Source: Malacoraja senta
Taxonomy: Eukaryota
Direction of reading: 5' to 3'
Length of the DNA: 60,000 bases
Assembly: GCA_038087875.1 (NCBI GenBank)
Contig: CM075988.1
Coordinates: 19,036,001-19,096,000 of the forward strand
Numbering within the stretch: position 1 is the stretch's first letter; each line of letters opens with the position of its first letter. The notes beneath the pieces were generated by a model. It ran no database searches, was not told the DNA's origin, and worked only from the letters and a program-made list of their open reading frames with translations. A program made the translations under genes and the position numbers. Positions 50,350 through 60,000 of the stretch are shown piece after piece.

Positions 50350-51444
50350 CCATATGGGCCATGGGGTTCTGGGCCAAATGCTGGAAAAGGGGATTAGCCC
50401 AATATTTGCCAATTTGGTCAGCATGGATGAGGTGGGCCAAAGGGCCTGTTTCAATGTGGTACAGCTCTATGACCCCATGACTCTAATTACAATCCATCAA
50501 ATATATTTTTAATTTATGACAGACAAGTTTGAAATATCATAGCTTATAATCATATCGTGCTGTGTCAGACATTTTTGCAATGAAGTACAAAGGCATAAGA
50601 ATAAGTTGTAAGTGCCATAAGCACTGGTCAATTTAATTGATTTCTCTTGAGTAGTGGTGAAGGCTACAGAGTGGCAGAGTCTGTTGTGGAGCAGTAAATC
50701 TCAGACAACACCGTGAGATTTCCGTGTTAAATTACATGTGGGAAAGGCCTGAAGCTGCCATTGGTTTAACTGAGTGATAATGAACAATTCTGATGGCATT
50801 TGCTGTCATTGCAGTCACAGACACTGTGCTGATACCCTTCCGACACACACTGTATTTCTCGACCTCTCAAATCATTGTTCTCTAAGGTTTATTAGTAAGA
50901 TTAAACGAGGACTTACCAGTTTGAAGTTTGATCTTTATTTTATGAGGAGTTACGTTGGTGATTACGTGAAGAACCCCATCAGGGCGCATGCGCGTCAATC
51001 TTCAAAGCAGCGGTATGAAATCACAGACAAAACCATAATTGAAGTAACATATTAAGATGATCAACATGAGAACTACCATTATGACCTTTTTTCTATGAGA
51101 GAGGGTTGGGCATGGCGGGCACGTAATCACCAACGTAACTCCTCATAAAATAAAGATCAAACTTCAAACTGGTAAGTTCTCGTTTAATCTTACTATTTTA
51201 CTTCGGAGTCACGTGAGTGACTACGTGAAGATTTTAAAGCTCTGTGATTTTTATGCCGCAGATCAAAATCCCGGCTTCTCACTGCATCGATTGACTCTGA
51301 GTATCATCAATAATGCTGTAAACATGACATTGCATATCATGCAAAAACAAAACAGTTTTACTTTTTGGTCATAAAACAACCAATAAACCCTCTTAATGTA
51401 GGGGCAACAAACGAAACAGAATGAAACAGTATTGAAAACAGACT

Positions 51445-52441
51445 TTAAACAATAGCAACAGCACTCAATATTGAGTTGGCAAACAGCCCTCCATCGGCAA
51501 TCGGCCGATGGTAGTATTGCTGAAACACAAGTTCATTTTTCCAACCTGCGGCTTTTAATATATGGTCGATGGGAACGTCCATCGCCCTGGCCGCGGATGT
51601 TGCTATTGCGCTAGTGGAATGAAATGTAAACACGTAAATGTTAATTCCTGTCTGAACCAACTCTTGCTTTAACCACCTTGAGATAGTCTGAACTGCCACT
51701 CTTTTATGTTGGCTTCTTGTCACTGAGAAATAATCCTGTTTCTTCTTGTCTTAAAGCCCTTGTGGCTTCAATGTAATGTAACAAATGTGTCCTTACACAT
51801 AAACATGGAGCTGTAGGATATGCTGAGAACACAATCTTAAATCCTGTCACACCTGGCCTGCTTTGTTTGAGCAGGTCAGAAATATAAAACAGAACATTCT
51901 CTGTATTCACTTCCATTCTCTCGAACTGAAGTTTTTGCAAAGCCTGCACTCTCTGTACTGACACCAATGCCATTAGCATAGCCAATTTCATGGTTAATTT
52001 TAACAAAGTTATAGACGTGACAGGGACCCAATGACGAAGTATGTTAAGAACAACGCTTACCTCGCAGATTACCATATACCTAGGCTTAGGCGGTTTGGAA
52101 TTAAAGATTCCTTTCATCAACCTAGATATGAGAGGGTGAGAACCTATACTTTGTGTCCGTGTACCTATTACAAGATATGCCGACAACGCACTTCTAGCTG
52201 TATTGATAGCACTATAGCTATGACCCTCATCATAATAAAGTGTAGATAATACTAACGCATTTTCAATAACTACAGTATCATATTGAATATTCTTTTGAAC
52301 ACAATATTGTTCCCATTTTTTTTTTTTTTCCCCATAAGTCATATACTGCTTTTGAGTACTCTTTCTCCAGGCTGCAGTGAGTATATCCACCGTTGGCCTA
52401 GAAAGTCCTCGACCAATGTAAGGCATTCTTAAAACCTGCAA
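51445..52441 (-). pseudogene. DIRS tyrosine recombinase (frameshifted)
   Basis: INTARSALS, HPLISRLMKG, HSTSAIATS and AAGW…FQQYY. Confidence 0.88.
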
Positions 52442-54960
52442 ATTAACAGATCCATACGATCACATAACGGATGAACTTAACGCGTTACTGGATGCTCCAG
52501 CAAATTCCTACTGTTTGGAATCAGCAAAAAGAGGTTGGATCGCTATCTGTAACATCAAAGGGAACCATGGTTGAAGGGCAATTTGGTATCACCAAAACCC
52601 CTGAAGCGACATCCTGCTTGATTTTCTCAAACACCGACCTATGAGGCAGAATGGTGGGAAAATGTACACAAACATATCATCCCAATTTAGTGAAAAAGCA
52701 TCAATTGCCACTGCCCCTGGATCTGGTGCCTATGAAACATATTTTGGCCTTCCATATAGAAGTACTATGTTCTTGAACACATCCTGTTTCCACATCCACT
52801 CTGTGTTATGACGGAATTTTCGTGAGCTGCCATCTGGTACTACATTAAGTTTCCCTGGCAGATAGATAGCTCCAATCCAAATCTCTCTATCCCTACTCCA
52901 GGTCCACTTTTATTTGCCAACCTGTCACATGATAACGATTTGATTCCACCCATGTGATTCATATCAGCAACTGCTGTAGTGTTGTCTATTTTGCACTGCA
53001 CATGCAAACTAGTTTAGTTAGTGCCATAAGCCTTGAGTCCATAAAATACTCTTGGTTAATTCCCCATGTTTGCAGAAGCAATGTTCATCTGTCTCCACCG
53101 CTGGATCTTGTATCAGTAGCACCCTACCCAAGTGCTCTGACATCTGTCTGCAAATCATGGAATCTTGGTTCAATAACACTTTGGAACTACTAGTGTACAC
53201 ATGCTGAATCCACCATTGTACATCAGCAACAGCCTCTATTGATAGAAGCATTGGTCTATTATAATGACCCCAATGTATCCTCAATGCTTGTTCCTTTGAC
53301 CTTTGTAATTGTAGATAATAAAGTGGCCATATTGAACTGCTGGAAATGCTGCCAGCCATTACCACAGCAGACTTGTCACCTGGCTAATTGAAGGCTGTGT
53401 GTCAGCAATTAACTTGATACAGCTCTTAATTAGCTCTACCCTTTTTTGCCTGGGCAAGGTCACAATGATGTTGATTAAGTCCATTGTGAACCCAACTAGT
53501 CAATTTGTGTCACAGGTATAAATTTAGATTTCTCTGGATAGCTTATAAAGCCCAATTAAAAAATGTTTTTTACCAACTGCCACTGATGCTTCAGCTGTTT
53601 CCTTTGATTGTCCTACAATCAAGATATTATCTAGCTAAGCCATGAGCACATGACCTTGACTTCTCATCATGCCTAGAATAGGTTTTAACAACTTTGTAAT
53701 CCCTCTAGGAGCTGAAGACAAACCATTAGGCAGTGGATTGTATTGGCATAATTGCCCCATCCAGCTGAATTTTAAATCTTCTATCCTGCAAATGAACAGA
53801 CACTGAATCCGCATCTTTAAGATCTCCTTCACGAACGTTTCCATCTTTAAATGTCTATACCGTACAAAAGGGTTAAAACTATTCAGGTCCGTATAATTCT
53901 GCATCCCCCCATCCTTTTTTGGTCTGGGAAAGATATTGGACACAAACTGATGGCTTTGGTAAACTGCCTTAGCAATTACACCTTTATTACATAAGCTTGC
54001 AAGTTCCAGCTGAACTTCCAATTGTTCAGTGATACTGAAGTCAAACTCCTTTTTGGAACATGTTGCATGGGTAAATCAGAATTTTCATTAAGCTTTATTC
54101 GATGCCCTTGAATAACCTTCAGTACAAACATATCTGAGGTAAACATTTAATTGTATCACATTACATCTGTCTACATGAGAACCAGACCCTCTTACCTCCT
54201 TACCACCTGGCATTCTTCCCCAGCCTTGAGCTGGATATCTCACCTCCCTGGTGGTGCTACAGCCGAACGCCAACTGCGCTGCATCGTAGCTGGACTCGTC
54301 CCTTGCCCGGACCAGTCTCTTCCCTTATAGGGATACTTCCGCTTTGGTGAATATGTGGCTGCCGTCTTAGCCTCCTCCTCCAGCTCCTTCACCTGCTGTG
54401 CGAAATCCTCGCCAAACAGCTGTGCCGGTTGCACTGTGCCAGGCTGGCAGAGTGAAGCATATTTAGCATTGATGATTGGTCTAATCGCAGTCTTGCGGAG
54501 GCAGTTGATCTCAAAGTGGGCACTCCACAATAGCGCCTTTTGTTGTAATTTGTCATGGCCTCTCCATCCACCATCCTGGCAAAGCTCGTTATACCAGATG
54601 CCAGCAACTTTAAAAATATGCTGGAGCTTCACATGCTCCTGGGCTCTCATTAGTATGCCCATCTTGCCCCAATTCTTCCTGTTCCCAACAGGAACTATTA
54701 ACAGTCCACAGTTGATTGGGGCTTCATACTTCGTTACTGTCTCATCCATTGTCACCTCCTGTAGCTGATGTGAGACTTGGTAATTTATGCTGGTGGCAAA
54801 TTCCTCACCCAGAGGCTCACCAGCGTCCGATGACATGGCAAACCGTGCTGCACACGGTCAGCTCTGACAGCTGCCTGCCCTCCCTTTGGAAGTCGTCGGA
54901 CTCAGGGTCAGAGCGTATCTGCCCTTCTGCACTCACCTCTTGCAAAGAGGGTGCTTTCAA

Positions 54961-55200
54961 GCAGGCCGCTACTAGGCACTGCCAGCGGAGCCTTCCCTAA
55001 GGCTTCCCGCCTGCACAACTCCTCCTGGAGTTGTGGCTTTGTGAAGCAGGCCTCTCCTAGGCACTGCCAGCGGAGCCTTCCCTAAGGCTTCCCGCCTGCA
55101 CAACTCCTCCTGGAGTGTGGCTTTGTGAAGCAGGCCTCTCCTAGGCCCTGCCAGCGGAGCCTTCTCCATGGCTTCCCGCCTGCACTACTCCTCCTGGAGC
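54961..55200. repeat. 84-85-bp tandem repeat (~2.8 copies) in DIRS B gag
   Basis: ctaggc(a/c)ctgccagcggagccttc recurs at 54972, 55057 and 55141. Confidence 0.92.
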
Positions 55201-55726
55201 GTCTCTGTGGAGCAGCCCCTGTATGAGCTGCTCCTTTTGGATAACCCCTGGGGAACGGTATCCTGTCCCCGACGGGACTCTCGTGGCCCGACTCTGCGGA
55301 GTCTATAGCCCTGACAGACTTGGCTTATGCCGACCGCCCGACTGGCGTTGGCTGTGTACCCGGCTGGGCACTTTGCCAATTCTGTCGCCGCACCGCTACC
55401 GGCCTGCGACTCCCCCGAGGTGACAGGCTGCCTTTCAGAGACTGCGTCCCGCAGCTCTCTCTCTCCTTGTCGGCAACAGACCTGCACCTTTTCGTTGTTC
55501 CTGTATGTGGGGGGAAAAACACACAGAAACAATTTCTTTACTTTTCTCTAACTCCTCCAAAGTCTCCCCGACTTTGGTGGAGCTGTAATTACTCACCTTG
55601 CAGGAGCTCCGTGCTCCTGCTGCCGTTCGCACCAATGTGTCAGACGTAATGACGCGCATGCGCCCTGACGGGGTTCTTCACGTAGTCACTCACGTGACTC
55701 CGAAGTAAAATGGAAGGTCTGCCTAT

Positions 55727-56450
55727 ACAATCACAATCACATTAATACTTTATTATCCAAGTATGTTTTGCACCATACGAGGAATTTCATTTGCCAAGTC
55801 AGTCATACAAATAAAACGCAACGGAACACACAAAATACATTTTAACATAAACATCCACCACAGTGATTCCTCCACATTCCTCACTGTGATGGAAGGCGAA
55901 AAAAGTTATTTGCCCGTCGGGGGCCTCGAGCCCTCCGTTGACGGGACGATCTTGACTCCCGTAGCCGGCGGCGTTTTGGCCTTCCGCATCGGGGCGATCA
56001 GCTCCTGCATCGGGGGGGATGTCAGCTCCCCGCGCCGGCGATCGGACCCCACGTCGGGGTCTCTGCGTCGTTGGAGCTCCAGACTAGCCTCTCCCGAGAC
56101 TGCGAGCTCTCGATGTAAAGTCCGCAGGCTGCGGTTGGAGCGATCACAGGAAAGGGATCGACTCCGATGTTAAGTCCACGTCCCGCGATGGGGCTCAAAG
56201 TCAGTCCGAGCAGGCCTCCACCTCCATGATGTTGGGCCGCAGAGCGACCGGAGATGCAACCCGGAAAACAATCGCATCTCCGGCAAGGTAAGAAACTGAA
56301 AAAAAGTTTCCCCCAATCGTCTCCCCCTCCTCCCACATAAAACAAACCGGAGAACATTTACACAGACTTTTAAAATGCACTACAAAATGTTTTAAAAGAC
56401 GAAAAAACGGACAGACTGCTGGCGGGGCTGCCAATCGTGCGGCTCCCCTG
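55727..56450 (-). mobile_element. Unclassified CpG-rich non-LTR-derived repeat
   Basis: The minus strand ends aataaagtattaat(gtgatt)n, like Rex1/L2-type tails. The body is GC-rich with no credible ORF. Confidence 0.45.
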
Positions 56451-56464
56451 AACTAAAACACGTG

Positions 56465-56557
56465 TAGTCTGAAGAAGGGTCTCGACCCGAAACGTCACCC
56501 ATTCCTTCTCTCCAGAGGTGCTGCCTGCCCCGCCGAGTTACTCCAGCATCTTGTGTC
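56465..56557 (+). mobile_element. Penelope-derived short repeat with intact hammerhead-like core
   Basis: gtCTGAAGAAGGGTCTCGACCCGAAACGTCac at 56467-56498. Confidence 0.65.
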
Positions 56558-57207
56558 ATTCTTCTATACCAAAACATCGCAGCCAAACCCATTGCATTGT
56601 GATACCTGACCCAAAATACGAGGAGTCTGATGATATATTATTATATTCCTATGCGTTGGTGACATTTATGTTATTGACTGAAACATACGAGGCATGAACA
56701 CACTTTATCGAAGTATTAGATGATTATTGAGTGATATTTTTCTCTCACAACACGAGACAATACGTCAAATTAATTAGCTTGCGAAATTAGTGGACACTTG
56801 CAAGGGAACTTCAGAGTGTGTGTACTCACTCCATCAGCGAATGTCATTTGGGAACCACTATATCCTTGGTTACTCAGTTATCGATTTTGATTTAGGAAGC
56901 TAAGTGTCAATAAGTACCATTTCAACTTAAACAATTAGCATGACTGCGGTGACATTTTCTCTTTCCTACTGTGCGTGATAAGGCAACGTTTTCACATAAC
57001 ACTGATGGATTTAAGTCTATTTTCCTCTCGGCCATCGTTGCCATTGACAGTTAGATCACTTCATGATATCGTGCAATGAATTAACTCTTAACTTCCTTGA
57101 GAAATCATTAAGGCCAGTGACAAATCAGTGCAAATAAAGAATAGTGTGACTTTCAAACACGGATGCTGCCTGACCCGCTATCTTCCTTTTAATTTATTTA
57201 GACTTTA

Positions 57208-57495
57208 GGCTTTAGAGATACAGCATGGAAACAGGCCCTTCAGTCCACTGTGTCCATGTCGCCCAGTTCACTGGCACTATCCGACACACTCGGGGCAATT
57301 TATAATTACCAGAAGCCAATTAATCTAGAAACCTGTACGTCTTTGGAAATTGGGAGGAAACCGCAGCACATGGAGAAAACTCACATTGTCACAAGGAGAA
57401 CATACAAACTCCGTACAGACAGCAGCCATAGTCAGGATTGAACCTGGGTCTCTGGTGCCGTAAGACAGCAACTCTACCGCTGTGCCACCGTGCCA
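57208..57495 (-). mobile_element. HE1-like V-SINE
   Basis: Reverse-complement copy. Confidence 0.8.
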
Positions 57496-57589
57496 TAGCT
57501 TCCTTGGTTAACTTTCGATGATGTTGAACTTATTTTCCTCAGCTTTGTTGAAGATACATTGAAGCCTCAGCCAAAAACGTGCACCCACG

Positions 57590-58200
57590 CCTGCCCTTCC
57601 ACAGGACACTGAGGGAATTTGACATCTCCAACAACTCTTACCAACTACTGCACACGCACCATAGAAAGCGCACTGTCGGGTTACATCACAACTTGGTTTA
57701 GGAACAGCTCTGCCCAAGACCACAAGAAAGTAGCCCGGCCCATCACACAGACCAGACTTCCCACCAGTGACTCCATCTACACTTCACGCTGCCTCGGGAA
57801 AGCAGCCAACACATTCAAAGTCTAGTCCCACGTCGATCATTCCTTCTTCTCACACCTCCCACCAGGCAGAAGATACAAAAGCTTGAAAGTGCACATCATC
57901 AGACTGGAACAGTTTCTTCCCTTCTGTTATCAGGCTTCTGAACAGACCTTCCATAAACAAGGGCATAGTCCTGATTTTCTAACCCATCTCATTGCAGACT
58001 GCGGGCTTTTTCTCTGGAACTGTCACGTACGTTGATGAGAAACTACATTCTGCACACTGGTATTTTTCTCTTCACTCTACCTGTTGTACTTGTGTTTGGC
58101 CTGATTGTATTCATGTGTTGCACGATCTGATTTGATTGCTTAGCACACAATCAAAAGCCTTTCACTGTACCTTGGTACACGTGACAACAATAGATCAAAA
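57590..58200 (+). mobile_element. Rex1/Babar 3' fragment
   Basis: TLTNY..RTIESALSGYITTWFRN and a Rex1-type 3' UTR. Confidence 0.75.
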
Positions 58201-58439
58201 CCAAAACCCAAAGAAGTGAAGTTGATTTCAAGGCACCATGAGAAGAAGTAGATTGTTCATCTGGACTGCAGCAACCAAGATAGGAATACCATCCAATGCT
58301 TTCCAAGTTCACCGATAGACATTTGCTGGCAAAGCCAAAATATATTTATCGCCCAGTCCTTAACCTAATCTGAGTTACATGTGGAAGAGACAAGATAAGT
58401 GAAGTGGAGTGCCTTCTCTGAAGGACATTGGTAAACAGA

Positions 58440-58877
58440 TTGAGAGGTTGAGTAGGCTGGGACTCTATTCCCTGGAGTGCAGGAGGATGACGGGTGATCT
58501 TCTAGAGGTATATAAAACCATTAGGGGAATAGATCGGGTAGATTCACACAGTCTCTTGCCCAGAGTAGGCGAATCGAGGACCAGAGGATATAGTTTTAAG
58601 GTGAAGGGGAAAAGATTTAATAGGAATCTGAGGGGTAACTTTTTCACACAAAGGGTGGTGGGTGTATGGAACAAGCTGCCAGAGGAAGTAGTTGAGGCTG
58701 GGACTTTCCCAATGTTTAAGACACAGTTAGACAGAGTACATGGATAGGACAGGTTTGGAGGGATATGGACCAAACGCAGGCAGGTGGGACCAGTGTAGCT
58801 GGGACATGTTGGCCGGTGTGGGCAAGTTGGGCCAAATGGCCTGGTTCCACACTGTATCACTCTATGACTATGACTCT
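58440..58877 (+). mobile_element. CR1/HER1 3' fragment
   Basis: LSRLGLYSLECRRM.GDLLEVYK…FFTQRVVGVWNKLP. Confidence 0.88.
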
Positions 58878-59421
58878 AGGTGAGTTTCTCCAAAGACAAG
58901 GCACTGTCTATTGAACTTCTACAGGTGTACTGTACAGAGCATGGTGCCTGGTTGCAACACGGCCTGGTTCAGCAACTCAGACGTCCAGGAATGAAGTGGA
59001 TTACAGAGAGTGGTGGACACTGTCTGGTCCATCGCTGATAATGATCATTGAAGCAGCAACATCCTGGTCATTCTTCTCTGTAACCATATCCTTCCTTCGG
59101 TGGGCTGACACGAACTGCACAAAATATTCCAAGTGCGGTCCAACCAGTACTTTGTAAAGTTGTAACGTAACTTTTATATTCTGTGCCCCAACCATGACAA
59201 GTGTGCCCTATACCTTCTACCTACTACCCCTGTTCTACGTCTAAGGAACTATGGACTCGAGCCCCACGTTTTGTGATGAAATGTAAAACACCTGAATCAG
59301 GTGACGTTGTCTATTATTTGCCTGTGAATTTGAACCTCTTCGGGTATACTGGGTCTCGAGATGTCATGATGGTTTCTTTGCGTGGTTTAAAACTCTCCCT
59401 CACACGTGTTTACCAACAAGA

Positions 59422-59720
59422 GACGACAGAGTGGCACAGCGGTAGAGTTGCTGCCTTGCAGCGCCAGAGACCCGGGTTCCATCCTGACCTTTGGTGCTGT
59501 CTGTACAGTGTTTGTACATTCTCTCTGTGACCGCATAGGTTTTCTCCGGGTGCTCCAGTTTCCTCCCACATTCCAAAGACGTGTAAGTATGTACAGTCGG
59601 TGAATTGGCTTCTGTAAACTGTCCCTAGCGTGTGGGATAGAACTAGTGTGAGGGAGATCGTTTTGTTGGCGTAGACCTGGTGGGCTGAAGGGCCTGTTTC
59701 CACGCTGTATCTCTAAAACC
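59422..59720 (+). mobile_element. HE1-like V-SINE
   Basis: Head, V-domain and tail are present. Confidence 0.82.
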
Positions 59721-60000
59721 AAAAATCTAAGACTCGCAAAGGGAAGATTCTCTCATTGCAGGGTGTAAAATAAATCAGCTGCTTCAAACAAATATGTAAA
59801 TAGATTGAGAACACAACATGCAGAGAATATCTGCTAACCTGGAGCTTTCCAATCTACTTACAACTAAATTGACATGTTCGACCGTGCTGTTATAAAAAAC
59901 TGCAAATCACCAGGACAATTACTGAGAATTTTAAATTGGTCGATTTATTTTCTGATTTTCTCTAATTGTACTTATTATTGGTCCCACCTTGCTGACAGCT

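Larger units (their letters stand above)
50891..55711 (-). mobile_element. DIRS1-like retrotransposon B (full length, heavily decayed)
   Basis: Same terminal sequences as element A, ICR at ~51121-51231, YR at 51445-52441, pol remnants at ~52450-54200 (YLDD mutated to *LDN) and gag at ~54240-55497. Confidence 0.93.

Noticed and set aside
131..59722. Remaining short six-frame ORFs as host genes
   Set aside because: They are antisense or alternative frames of SINE/LINE/DIRS sequence or chance ORFs. No spliceable exon with a recognisable product was found, though small exons could have been missed.

Overview
This is repeat-dense, non-genic vertebrate DNA, most likely from a skate or ray. That assignment is inferred from the HE1-type V-SINEs and the HER1/CR1, Rex1, Penelope-like and DIRS repeats. 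No host protein-coding exon could be recognised, and every meaningful ORF is transposon-derived. The large elements are a near full-length, rearranged CR1 LINE (~6416-10945), a 5'-truncated CR1 (37313-39162, minus) and two convergent, decayed DIRS1-like tyrosine-recombinase retrotransposons (44227-49027 plus; 50891-55711 minus). The most striking signal is a ~140-bp non-coding retroelement present three times (18282, 26254, 36922), each copy flanked by a target-site duplication (TSD). Its first 54 nt fold into a minimal HDV/CPEB3-like self-cleaving ribozyme that starts exactly at the element's first base. Its (GAA)n tail resembles that of an Ingi/Vingi-like LINE fragment in the same window. 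Other notable signals are hammerhead-core motifs in Penelope-derived repeats, a 237-bp templated insertion copied from 48 kb away, and several fold-back inverted duplications.
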